Part shown: positions 9,164-18,562 of the stretch, piece after piece
How positions within the stretch are numbered: position 1 is the stretch's first letter
Layout: every line of letters starts with the position of its first letter
NCBI GenBank assembly: GCA_965228735.1
Contig: OZ245838.1
Location: 6,912,001-6,976,000, forward strand
Direction of reading: 5' to 3'
Length of the DNA: 64,000 nucleotides
Source of the DNA: Planctomycetota bacterium
GTDB lineage: Bacteria > Planctomycetota > UBA1135 > UBA2386
The notes under the pieces: generated by a model
What the model saw: only the letters and a program-made list of their open reading frames with translations
What the model was told of the DNA's origin: nothing
Databases searched by the model: none
Position numbers and translations under genes: made by a program

Positions 9164-10888
9164 ATGCATCGCATCCGTTTCGTCGTCGCCGCGAGCCTCG
9201 TCGGTCTGGCCACCGGCACTCACCGGTTGCCGGCCCAGGAGCCTGCGGCGCAGTCCGGGCCCTACCGGTCGCTCGTGCCGTACGGCGCGTTCGTCGATCT
9301 CGACAGCGGCGTGATCCTGCCGCGCGCGCGTGTCGGTGACCTGGTCGCGGACCTGCGCTGCGGTCGTGATGGCGGCGGGTTGTTCGTCGAAGGGTTGCGC
9401 CGCGGATTGCAGCTCGCCGAGTTCGGCCTCGTTTCGCCGAAAGCCGATGGCTGGCAGCAGGAACGGTTTCGGATCCGCCGCCAGGCGAAGCTCGAGCCCT
9501 TCTTCGCCGTGACGGACCGCGGCGTCGCTCGGGTGAACGTCACCGTCCTCGATCACTACAGCGCCGCGCCGCTGGCCTTGGACTGGGTCATCGCTCCGGC
9601 CGCGGTGGCCCACTTCGCTCCCGCCCCGGTCGACCTCACGCGGCGGCTCGACGGCGACGAGCTCACGTTGGCGTGGTCCGACGCCGCGACGAGCTGGATC
9701 GTCGACGTGCACGGCAAGGACTCCGAGACCGGCGCGCCCACCGTTGCGCGACATGTGGTGGCCGAGCCGAAGTTCGCGCTGCCCGGCCTCGGACCCGAGC
9801 AGTCGCGGCGCGTGCTCGTGCGTGGCATCACCGGTTTCGGCGAGTCGGGCGATGGACCGACGGCGCCCGCGACCTCACTGCCCGCCGAGTTCATCGTTCA
9901 CGGCGCGCCGCGTCCGGCCCGACGGGCGGTGACCGAGTTCCACTCGGGGTTCTACGACCGGATCGGCGGCCTCCGGCTGACGGGCGAACGGCCGGAACCC
10001 GCGACGGCTGCCGAGGTGGTGTTCTTCCTCTACGGCGTCCACGTGCCGGGCGGCGGCGTTGCGAGGATCGGTGCTGGCGAGCATGACTATCGGCGGATCA
10101 GCAAGCTGCCCGAGCTGCCGATGCCGCCGGTCTACGATCGGCTCGACGCGAACACCGTGCTGGCCGTCGAACTCGCGGATGGACGCTGCGCCAAGCTCTG
10201 GCTCGAGCCGATCGCGGATGACGATCTGCGCGCGGGGATGCGGGTGCACAGCACGTTCCTCGCGGACGGCCGTCGGGCGATGCAGGCGCCGCCACGGCAG
10301 GTCACGGCCGAGATGGAGGACGGGGTCATCACGGTGTCGTGGCAGCCGGCGCCCGGGGCGGTCGAATATCGCGCGGAGGCGAGCGGGATGAACCCGGTGA
10401 ACGTGAGGACGACGTCGGCGCGCTGGCCGGCGCTCGCCGATCGGCTCATCGACGTCCGCGTCGTCGCGCGATCCGCGATCGGTGAGGTCTCCGAACCGGC
10501 GACCACGCGGGTTCACACGTTCGGCGACGGGGTTCAGCTGCGGCGGGCGACGCTGACCGTCGGTACCGGCATCGCCTTCGCGACCGGGCTGGCGCTCGGT
10601 CGCGGGCGCGGCGCCGATCTGACGTTGATCGGGGGAGCTGGCGGATCGCAGGTCCTGAACTTCCGCTCGACGGGCAGCATCCACGACGCCGACGATCGCG
10701 CGTTCGACGACCTGTCGGTGCTCGGCGAACCGGAGGGCGGCCAGCGGTGGTCCAGCGATGCCAGAAGGCGGGGCGCGGACCGCTTCTACGTGCACACCGA
10801 GAACGGCGGCTGCGCGAGCGTGCGCATCGTCGAGCGCGGTTGGCCGAAGACGATCATCGAATACCTCTACCGACCGAAGCCCGAGTAG
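9164..10888 (+). CDS. Secreted hypothetical protein with two FnIII-like segments
   Basis: GGAGG RBS before ATG 9164; signal peptide; LTLAWS and ITVSWQPAPGAVEYR...VRVVARS..SEP are FnIII-like. Confidence 0.6.
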   Translation: MHRIRFVVAASLVGLATGTHRLPAQEPAAQSGPYRSLVPYGAFVDLDSGVILPRARVGDLVADLRCGRDGGGLFVEGLRRGLQLAEFGLVSPKADGWQQERFRIRRQAKLEPFFAVTDRGVARVNVTVLDHYSAAPLALDWVIAPAAVAHFAPAPVDLTRRLDGDELTLAWSDAATSWIVDVHGKDSETGAPTVARHVVAEPKFALPGLGPEQSRRVLVRGITGFGESGDGPTAPATSLPAEFIVHGAPRPARRAVTEFHSGFYDRIGGLRLTGERPEPATAAEVVFFLYGVHVPGGGVARIGAGEHDYRRISKLPELPMPPVYDRLDANTVLAVELADGRCAKLWLEPIADDDLRAGMRVHSTFLADGRRAMQAPPRQVTAEMEDGVITVSWQPAPGAVEYRAEASGMNPVNVRTTSARWPALADRLIDVRVVARSAIGEVSEPATTRVHTFGDGVQLRRATLTVGTGIAFATGLALGRGRGADLTLIGGAGGSQVLNFRSTGSIHDADDRAFDDLSVLGEPEGGQRWSSDARRRGADRFYVHTENGGCASVRIVERGWPKTIIEYLYRPKPE

Positions 10889-10894
10889 CGCGCC

Positions 10895-11713
10895 TCAGCC
10901 GCGCCAGATCGAGTCCAGCAGGAATCGCATCGCGGCGAACGCGCGATCGTTGCTGCGCTGATGGAAGCGCGCGCCCTCGCTCGCGGCCGCTGGATCGGTG
11001 AAGCTGTGCACCGTGCCGCCGAACTGCAGCAGCTGCCAGTCGACGCGCGTCTTGGCGTAGACCTTGATCCACTGCTCGACGTCCTGCTGCGGCACGTACG
11101 GATCGTCGGCGCCGTGGCACACCAGGACCCGGGCCTTCGTCTTGCCCGCGTCGTTCGCGAGCGTCGGTGACATCAGATCGCCGTGGAACGAGACGATCGC
11201 CGCGAGGTCCGCACCGCTGCGGCCGAGTTCGAGGACCGTGCCGCCGCCGAAGCAGAAGCCGATGGCCGCGACCCGGCCCGGGTCGAGCCCGAGCTCGGCG
11301 CCAGCCTCGCGGAACATGCTCAGCGCCTTGCTGGCGCGGGCGCGCATCATCGCCCGATCGCCGCGCACCGCGCCGGCCGCGGCGCTGGCTTCGCCCGCGT
11401 TGGTCGGCCGCACGTCCGTGCCGTACATGTCGACCATCATCACGACGTAGCCGTTCGCCGCCACGGCCTTGGCCTTCTCGAGCGATGCCGCGGTCGGGCC
11501 GAGCCAGTTCGGCACCATGAGAATGCCGGGCCGCGGCGGCATGTGATCGCCGTGGTGCACGATCGTGCTCTCGAATCGGGTCTCTCCGATCGAGTACTCC
11601 ACGACCTGGGTCGGCAACGAGGTCGGGTCGGCAGGGTCCATGGCGTGATCGTCGGTCAGCGCGCAGGCGCCGAGACCGAGCAGCAGGGAGACCACGAGGG
11701 TGCGGGCGATCAT
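10895..11713 (-). CDS. Dienelactone hydrolase family protein (possible lipoprotein)
   Basis: GFCFGG nucleophile motif, HGADDP, HSFT; lipobox-like LGAC. Confidence 0.9.
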   Translation of the reverse strand: MIARTLVVSLLLGLGACALTDDHAMDPADPTSLPTQVVEYSIGETRFESTIVHHGDHMPPRPGILMVPNWLGPTAASLEKAKAVAANGYVVMMVDMYGTDVRPTNAGEASAAAGAVRGDRAMMRARASKALSMFREAGAELGLDPGRVAAIGFCFGGGTVLELGRSGADLAAIVSFHGDLMSPTLANDAGKTKARVLVCHGADDPYVPQQDVEQWIKVYAKTRVDWQLLQFGGTVHSFTDPAAASEGARFHQRSNDRAFAAMRFLLDSIWRG

Positions 11714-11761
11714 GGCCCGACCATAGATCATCGGCTCTGCCGGGCAACGGTTGCGGGCAGG

Positions 11762-13966
11762 CTACCGCAACGCCTGCAGCGCGAGCATCGCGGAAGCCGT
11801 CGTGTAGACCTCCATCCCGGGGTGGGCCCAGGCGTCGATCGCGGGCCAGTGCGCGGCGCCATCGGCCGTGATGCGGTTCGGCACGAGCGCTTCGTGCAGC
11901 GCGTTGCGCCAGCGTTCGAGCGTGACCGGTTCGATCTGCGGCGTTTCGGCCGCCGCGGCGAGCGCGATGGCCTCGGCACCGAAGTGCCAGTAGGCGAGGT
12001 CGATCGAGCCCTTGTCGGTGTGCCATTCGGGCGGCAACGCGGCCACGAGTTCGAGGCCACGCAAGTTGGTGTCCTTCTCGAGTGCGCTCTGGTCGTGAGC
12101 CGCCCGCGCCAGGAGCGTGAGGGCCGTCGGTTCCTCCGACAGCTCGCCCGGGAAGTCGGCCTTCTTGGCCACGAAGCGCGACATCGGACCGCCGCGCCTC
12201 ACGAAGCCGACCCGCCCGTTCTGCGGGTTGGTGAGCTCGTCGAGCAGCAGCATCGCGACCGTGATGCTGCGCTCTTTCGGCTCGATACCGCACTTGCTGG
12301 CGTCGCCGAGCGCGAGCAGCATCATCGACGTGATCTTGCTGTCGTTGTCGTTGTCGCGCACGCCGTAGCGCCACCCGGAGTACGGGTTCTGCGCGAAGTA
12401 GCAGTAGTCCGTCGCGAGTTCGATGCGGCTGCGGCGTTCCTCCGTCGGCCACTCCAGCTGCACCGCGGCGAGCGCGCGCAACGCGAACGCGTGGGCGTAG
12501 TGCGCGGCCATCGGGTCGTTCGGACCGATGCGGCCATTGGCCTGTTGCTGCGTCTCGAGGAACGCGGCTGCGCGCTGCACGGCTTTGGCGATCGGGAGCG
12601 GTTCCGTGCGCAGGCCGGGCAGCAGCGCGAGGATCGCCATCGCGGTAACGCAAGTCGAGTTGTGATCGCGGACGTTCTTGCCCGCCGGATCCGGGCCGAC
12701 GACCCAGCCGCCGTCTGCCTGTTGGTTCTGCAGCAGCCAGCGTGTGCCCTCCGTCAACGCCGTGCCGACCGCTTGCCGTTGCCGGGACGTCGGGTTCTTC
12801 ACCACGACCGGGGCGTCGGCTGCCGGTGCCGTGGCGGCCGCGCCGGGCCGCGGGGGGGCTTCGGATTGGGCGAGGGTGACGGTCCCGAGCAGGGTCAGGA
12901 GGAGCAGCGGTGCCGCTGCGGCGGTCAGGCGGGGCCGCGCGCGGAAGCGCGGGTCGAGAATGCGGAGCAGGCGGGTCTTCATGAACGTTCTCTCGGACAG
13001 GAGGTACGCGTGGGACAGCGCCGGCGTAGGGGTGTTGCAGGCGCGTTCGATCAGGGTGAGCAGGGAATCGGCGAGGGCGCCGCGGTCGACGTTGCTGCGC
13101 GCGAGCGCGGCCTCGTCGCAGGCGTATTCGCGCCAGCGCGCATGCAGCGCGGCGGCGAGCCAGAAGCCGGGGAAGAACCAGAAGGCGCAGCGCAGCCCCT
13201 CGATGAACGCGCCGATCGCGACGTCGTGGCGCGCCACGTGTGCGAGTTCGTGGCGCAACACGAAGTGCAGTTCGGTCCCCGCCATCGTTCTGGTGGCGTC
13301 GCTCGGCACCCACACGATCGGGCGGCGCACGCCGCTCGTGAGCGGCGACTCGAGCCCGTCGACGAAGCGTAGGTTCACGGGTCGTCGGATGCCGCTCTCG
13401 CGGACGAAGAGGCGGAACCGTGCCGCGAGCTCCGCGTCGGGTTCGCGGCTCCGGCGTTCGAGGCCGGCGATCGCCGCGCGCTGGCGGTAGATCAGGCGGA
13501 CCAACAGGCCGGACAGAGCGGCGAGCCAGATCGCCGCGAGGAGCGTGCGCCACGGCACTACGACCGGCTCGGTGCGCAGGCGTGCCGTGTCGTTCGGCTC
13601 CGGGGCACCGCCCGTCGGAGTGTCCGACTCGCCGAACGTCGGGTTGCTCGCGGTCGTGGACTCCGGCAGAGCGGGCGCCTGCGCGACGGACTCTGGTTCC
13701 GCTGCGACCCAGCTCGCGAACGGTAGCTGCAGCGTCGCCGGCGCGGGCAGCAGTCGGTCGATCGGCAGGACGAGCAGAACGAGCGGCAACAGCAGCAGGC
13801 AACTCGGCAGGTGGGCCGAACCGTGGCTGCGTCCGCGGCGGCTCGCTCGCAGGAGGCCGAGAACGAGCACGACGACGGTGAGCGCGAGCGCGCTGACGAC
13901 CATGCGCGCCGTGATCCAGTCCAGCCAGGCGTGCCCCAGCAGGTCCGCGTTCGAGGTGCCGATCAC
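11762..13966 (-). CDS. BlaR1/M56 membrane peptidase fused to a prenyltransferase/squalene-cyclase-like repeat domain
   Basis: TM helices, SPLTSGVRRPIVWVP, HELAH, REYACDE; C-terminal WLLQNQQADGGW, QNPYSGWRY, YWHFG repeats. Confidence 0.85.
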   Translation of the reverse strand: MIGTSNADLLGHAWLDWITARMVVSALALTVVVLVLGLLRASRRGRSHGSAHLPSCLLLLPLVLLVLPIDRLLPAPATLQLPFASWVAAEPESVAQAPALPESTTASNPTFGESDTPTGGAPEPNDTARLRTEPVVVPWRTLLAAIWLAALSGLLVRLIYRQRAAIAGLERRSREPDAELAARFRLFVRESGIRRPVNLRFVDGLESPLTSGVRRPIVWVPSDATRTMAGTELHFVLRHELAHVARHDVAIGAFIEGLRCAFWFFPGFWLAAALHARWREYACDEAALARSNVDRGALADSLLTLIERACNTPTPALSHAYLLSERTFMKTRLLRILDPRFRARPRLTAAAAPLLLLTLLGTVTLAQSEAPPRPGAAATAPAADAPVVVKNPTSRQRQAVGTALTEGTRWLLQNQQADGGWVVGPDPAGKNVRDHNSTCVTAMAILALLPGLRTEPLPIAKAVQRAAAFLETQQQANGRIGPNDPMAAHYAHAFALRALAAVQLEWPTEERRSRIELATDYCYFAQNPYSGWRYGVRDNDNDSKITSMMLLALGDASKCGIEPKERSITVAMLLLDELTNPQNGRVGFVRRGGPMSRFVAKKADFPGELSEEPTALTLLARAAHDQSALEKDTNLRGLELVAALPPEWHTDKGSIDLAYWHFGAEAIALAAAAETPQIEPVTLERWRNALHEALVPNRITADGAAHWPAIDAWAHPGMEVYTTASAMLALQALR

Positions 13967-14355
13967 GACTCGTCCTCCGAACGGCGGCGTTGGTCGATGA
14001 GGTCCCGCAGGGCGTCGAGGTCCTGTGGGCTGAGCTTGCTGCGCTTGACCATGTACTGCAGGAGCGGGCCGACGGTGCCCTCGACCGCGCGGTCCATGAG
14101 CTGGTCCGCGGACTCACGCAGCGCCTTGTGAATCGATCGGTTGGGGCGGTAGAGCAGCGAGTTGCCGACCGCGCGGGTCTTGAGCAGGCCCTTGTCGACG
14201 AGCCGCCGGAGCAGCGTCTTGATCGTGCTGTCGGACCAGCCGTGCCGGGCGCTCGCATCGGCGATCACGTCGCGCGCCGCGCAGCTTCGGTGCGCGAACA
14301 CGATCTTCAGGATCTTCCATTCCGCCTCGGTGGGCTGATTCGCTTCGGGTGCCAT
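13963..14355 (-). CDS. BlaI/MecI/CopY family repressor
   Basis: TEAEWKILKIV, WSDSTIKTLLRRLVDKG; overlaps the M56 start by 4 nt. Confidence 0.92.
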   Translation of the reverse strand: MAPEANQPTEAEWKILKIVFAHRSCAARDVIADASARHGWSDSTIKTLLRRLVDKGLLKTRAVGNSLLYRPNRSIHKALRESADQLMDRAVEGTVGPLLQYMVKRSKLSPQDLDALRDLIDQRRRSEDES

Positions 14356-14361
14356 CGTTCG

Positions 14362-14375
14362 TCTACAGATGTAGA
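14362..14375. promoter_or_regulatory. BlaI/CopY-type operator
   Basis: Palindrome TCTACA-GA-TGTAGA, containing the TACAnnTGTA box, 6 bp upstream of the repressor ATG. Confidence 0.75.
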
Positions 14376-14431
14376 TGGTGGATGACGCCTGTGAACGGCG
14401 GTCCAGCGGCGGGGTTCAGCGTCCGCCCGGA

Positions 14432-17137
14432 TTATTCGCGCGCCCCGCCAGGCGAACCCGGGGCCGGGCTCGCCGGGCGGGGCGCTGCGTCCGATCGCGG
14501 TTCGGTCGCGTCACCGGCGCGGGCCAACAGGCTGTCGACGAGCTCGACCAACTCGGTGCCGGCAAACGGTTTGGGCAGGATCGCGTCGACCTCGACGGCG
14601 CCGAGTCCCGCGCGGATCGTGTCCTCGTCGTGGCCGCTCATGATCACGACCTTGAGGTCCGGCAACTGCTCGCGGAGCCGGCAAGTCAGTTGGCCGCCGT
14701 CCTGATCCGGCAGCGTCATGTCGATGACGGCGAGCACCGGCTTCGGTTCGGCCTCCTCCGATCCGCGCAGCGCTTCGCTGCCGCGGCTCGCCTCGATCAC
14801 CTCATAGCCCCGTTGCGTGAGTGACAGCCGCGTGAACGCGAGCAGCCAGTCCTGGTCGTCGACCACGAGGATCGGGCCCGATCGCCGGGCGATCGGGGGA
14901 CGCGGCATCGCCACCGGTGGCTCCGCGGCTCGATCCTGCGGCAGGTAGATCGCGAACGTGCTCTTCGTCTTGCCGTCGGCGACGAACCGGAACGCGCCGC
15001 CGAACCCCGTCGCGATCGTGCGCGCTGCGGTGAGGCCGGGGTCGGCACGGCTGGCCTCCACCCCGGTGGCGGGGTCGAAGATCCGTGGCAGGCTGGCCTC
15101 GGAGGTGCCGCCGCCGTCGTCGGTGATCTGCAGCACGGCGTACGACGGCGCCCGGCGCGGCGTGCCGAACCACGTCGCGCCCGGTCCGGTACCCGGCAGG
15201 GTTGCGACCTCGGCCAGCTCGATCACGATGCGGCGGCCGCCGGGGGGGGCGCCTCGAACGAGCCGCGCGACTTCCACGAGCAAGCGGCGGATCGCGCCGG
15301 TGTCGACGGTGGCGCGGATCGGTCGCGGCGGCAGTTCGATGCGCACGGCGACCGTCTGGTCGACCGAAGTGAGCAGCTCCTCGTGGGCCGCCGTCACGAC
15401 GTCGCGCAGGTCGACATCGTGTTCGATCGACCGGCTGCCGCAATCGCGCACGTTGGAGTAGTCGAACATGCGGGTGCACAGTTCGGCGGACTCTTCGGTC
15501 GTGGTGCGGATGCGCTCGAGGCGTTGGCGGTGGGGGTCGCCCGCCGGGATCTCATCGAGCAGCAGGTCGACCTGCGCCCGGACGGCGGCGAGTGTAGTCC
15601 CGAACTGTCGGGCCCAGCTCGCGGCCAGCGCGCGCACGCCCAGCAGGCGCTCGCGTCCCGTGTCGCCGCCGGCCTGACCGCCACTCGCACGCGACGGTTT
15701 CGTCGCTGCGGCACCTGTCGCTGCGGCCCGCACCGGTCCGTCGGCCCGGGACGAACCGGGATCGGTTGACCGTTCGACCGCCTCGGCAGGGCGTTCACGA
15801 CGCTCGCCGCGGCGGCGCCCGAAGCGGTAGGCGGCGACCGCCAAGCCGATCGCGGTCACGGTCGCGAGGCCGAGCAGGTCGCGGATCGTCCGGTTCGTCT
15901 CGTTCTTCGTGGCTGCCGTGCTCGCCGCCACGGCGTCGTCGATGAGCTGCGCGATGCGGTCGTTGCGGGTCGCGGTGCGAGCATCCCGCAGCCGACTCAG
16001 CGTTCGTCGGGCGGCATCGCGGTCGGCGTTTCGGCGGGGTGGCTCGAGCTCGGCGAGTCGGTTCGCGTGGTGCATCAGACCGGCGTCCAGTTCGCGCTGG
16101 CGGTCGAACTCGATGAGCGACCGCAACACGAGCCTCTCCAACTCGGGGCGGGCGAGCCGTTCGGCGAGGGCCATGGCTTCCTCGAGTGCCGGCTCTGCGC
16201 CGTCGGGATCGTCGAGCAGCAGATGCGTGCTCGCAGCCGCGTTCAGTGCCCGCGCCAACCGGGCGGGGCTGCCGAGCGCGCGGGCAACGTCGACGCGGCG
16301 TTCCGCGACGGCCAGGGCGCGGTCGGTATCACCCACCGCCAGCGCTGCCTCGAATCGACGGGCCAGGCAGTCGAGTACCGCCTGGCGATCGCCGAGTTCC
16401 TCGGCGGCACGCAGCACGTCGTGTCGGGCTGCCTCGGCATCGGCGTCGCGGCCCTGCCACTGCCACGCGTCGGCCTGGCGCAGTCGTGTTCGGAGCTGTC
16501 CGCGCACGTTCTGCGCAGCCGCGAAGAGTTGCGCCGCCGTGCGCAGGATCGCGTTGGGCTCGAGTCCCATCGATGTCGCTCGCAGCTGATCGTGCAGTGA
16601 CAACAGGCAGTCGCCGAGGACAGCGTCCGCGCCGGCGTCCGTTGCGAGGTCGGTCGCGCGCTCGAGGTTGAGCGCGGCGTTGCTGAGGTCGTGGTCGACG
16701 AAGCAGATCGTCGATTCGATCAAGAGCACGACCGCCCGCGTGACCACCGATGCGTCGGCTGGCAGTTCGGCCCGCGCCTGCTCCATCAGCCGTCGCCCGC
16801 GCGCCGTGCTCCCCAACTCGCAAGTCGCGGCGGCGGCCGTCGCGAGCGCGATCGCGGTCTCGCTGGCGCGACCGAGGCGTTTGGCTGCGGCCGCTGCGCG
16901 TTGTGCCGCGACGCGGGCCTTGGGCAGGTCATACGCGAGCAAGGCGCGGGCCCGCTGCAGCATCAGCTCGAGGCGCGCGTCGTCGGCCAGCGTCGGGTCG
17001 CCGAGTCGCTGTTCCGCGGCTTCGGCCACGCTGCGTTGGGCAGCGAGTGCGGTCGCGAACGTGAACGCGAGGGCCATCGCGCCCGACGCGCGGCCGCGCG
17101 CGAGCCGAACCGCGAACGGGAGGAGACGTGAGGGCAT
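14432..17137 (-). CDS. Membrane hybrid sensor: TPR-like periplasmic region, degenerate histidine-kinase module, intact receiver domain
   Basis: H-box position reads LAASWARQFGT (no His); G1-like ITDDGGG..RIFDP; receiver LVVDD, VIDMTLP, IMSG, LPKPF. Confidence 0.75.
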   Translation of the reverse strand: MPSRLLPFAVRLARGRASGAMALAFTFATALAAQRSVAEAAEQRLGDPTLADDARLELMLQRARALLAYDLPKARVAAQRAAAAAKRLGRASETAIALATAAAATCELGSTARGRRLMEQARAELPADASVVTRAVVLLIESTICFVDHDLSNAALNLERATDLATDAGADAVLGDCLLSLHDQLRATSMGLEPNAILRTAAQLFAAAQNVRGQLRTRLRQADAWQWQGRDADAEAARHDVLRAAEELGDRQAVLDCLARRFEAALAVGDTDRALAVAERRVDVARALGSPARLARALNAAASTHLLLDDPDGAEPALEEAMALAERLARPELERLVLRSLIEFDRQRELDAGLMHHANRLAELEPPRRNADRDAARRTLSRLRDARTATRNDRIAQLIDDAVAASTAATKNETNRTIRDLLGLATVTAIGLAVAAYRFGRRRGERRERPAEAVERSTDPGSSRADGPVRAAATGAAATKPSRASGGQAGGDTGRERLLGVRALAASWARQFGTTLAAVRAQVDLLLDEIPAGDPHRQRLERIRTTTEESAELCTRMFDYSNVRDCGSRSIEHDVDLRDVVTAAHEELLTSVDQTVAVRIELPPRPIRATVDTGAIRRLLVEVARLVRGAPPGGRRIVIELAEVATLPGTGPGATWFGTPRRAPSYAVLQITDDGGGTSEASLPRIFDPATGVEASRADPGLTAARTIATGFGGAFRFVADGKTKSTFAIYLPQDRAAEPPVAMPRPPIARRSGPILVVDDQDWLLAFTRLSLTQRGYEVIEASRGSEALRGSEEAEPKPVLAVIDMTLPDQDGGQLTCRLREQLPDLKVVIMSGHDEDTIRAGLGAVEVDAILPKPFAGTELVELVDSLLARAGDATEPRSDAAPRPASPAPGSPGGARE

Positions 17138-17272
17138 CCGTCGGGGCTAGGTGCCGGCGGGCTCGCACACGGCGAACACCGCGGGCGTGCATCCTACGGT
17201 CGTACCGGTCATCGCGCCCGCCACTTTAGCGAGCAACTGCGACCGGCAGTGGCCGTGGCTATATTTCGCCAG

Positions 17273-18526
17273 ATGTTGCTCGCCTCCGTCGTTCTCGCCT
17301 GCCCGCCGCAAGGACCCGGTCCATCGCTGATGCAGAGCTTCCAGCGCGGCGACTTCGGTCGCCAGCTCCGGGCGATCGTGCCCGCCGCAGATGACCGCGC
17401 GTGGCAGGCCGTGCCGTGGGGCTCCGAGTTTCGCCGCGCTCTCGTCGCCGGAGCCGAGCAGGACAAACCCGTGTTGCTCTGGGCGATGAACGGGCACCCG
17501 CTCGGCCAGACTTGAAACAACGGCGTGCGGGCCAGGCGGTCGGTCTGGACGGATCCGCACGTGCAGGAGTTGACGGCGAGGTTCGTGACGGTCGCCGACG
17601 AAGTCGGGCGACTGCAGCGTGGCAAGGACGCGGAGAGCGCGATGTTTCGCTCGTTCTGCGAAGAAGGTCATTACGGCGGTCGCTCGCGTCCGACGGGCAC
17701 GCGGCAGGGGATCTACGCCGTTGCGCCGTCGGGCCGCTTCCTGGCGTCGATCAACACGACGCAGCCGCAGCGGATGGTGAAGATGCTCGAGACGGCGCTC
17801 GCGCGTTGGGCGGAGCTCGCTCCGACAGAGCGTGCGCTCCCGCCCGACATGCGGGAGCGGCTGCTCGGCGCCGAACGATTCGAAGACCGCTACCCCGACG
17901 ACGGGCTCGTTCTCGCCGAGTACTGCCGCGACCTCGAGCCGGCCGGTGCCGAGATCCCGCAGTGGCAGGCCGGCGCATGGAACGAGGATCAGGCCTGGTT
18001 CACGGCCGCCGAAGCCAGCCGCTTCGTGCCCGAGGAACTCGCGGTCGGCGCGAGCCGCGACGTCCCGGCGCGACTCGCGAGCAGGCTCGCGCGCCTGCAC
18101 CTCCTCGACGTCGTGCGTGGGCAGACGGCCGCGTTCCGCAAGAACCACGTCGAACGCGCCGAACTTCGCAGTGTGATCACCGGCGTCACCGACGGGCGCG
18201 TCGAGTTGCGCTTGACCGGCCACACCGCGACGCGGCACCGCGGCAGATGGCGCGTGCGCGACGGCCGTTCGTACACCGAGCCGGTCGAACACGAGCGCGG
18301 CGTGCGCACGGAGCTGCGCGGCCGCGCGACGTGGGATCCGGCGGAGCGGCGCTTCACCGCGTTCGAGCTGGTCGCGCTCGGGGAACGCTGGGGCGCGACG
18401 CAGTACAACGGCCGCCCGAACGACCTCGAGCCGACCCCGATCGGGTTCGCGTTCGTGCTCGCGCCGCCAGACCACCCACGCGTCGCTCCGGCGTTCTATT
18501 GGCACTACACGCTGCGCAGCGAATAG
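17273..18526 (+). CDS. Thioredoxin-fold secreted protein, candidate selenoprotein (in-frame TGA at 17513-17515)
   Basis: ORFs 17249-17515 and 17525-18526 are in the same frame and joined by TGA-AAC-AAC-GGC. The Trx-like pattern W..EFRRAL....DKPVLLW...GQT*NN...VWTDPHVQELTARFVTV spans the TGA. A SECIS-like hairpin follows. Confidence 0.75.
17524..17561 (+). promoter_or_regulatory. Bacterial SECIS-like stem-loop
   Basis: Lower stem CGTGCGG/CCGCACG, upper stem CCAGGC/GTCTGG (one G-U), apical loop GGTCG separated from the TGA by 22 nt. Confidence 0.65.
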
Positions 18527-18536
18527 GTGTTCGGTA

Positions 18537-18551
18537 CGGTGCCTGGCACCG
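18537..18551. repeat. REP-like palindrome CGGTGCC-T-GGCACCG
   Basis: Lies between convergent genes; same core as the palindromes at 46385-46526. Confidence 0.55.
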
Positions 18552-18562
18552 ACAACGGAGTG

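Noticed and set aside
11762..12900. Squalene-hopene cyclase or terpene biosynthesis gene
   Set aside because: A single barrel fused to M56 on the exported side; no DXDD catalytic motif in cyclase context.
17513..17515. Pseudogene from a nonsense mutation, or two separate genes
   Set aside because: Not excluded, but the TGA sits at the predicted redox position, is followed by a SECIS-like hairpin, and the rest of the frame is intact.
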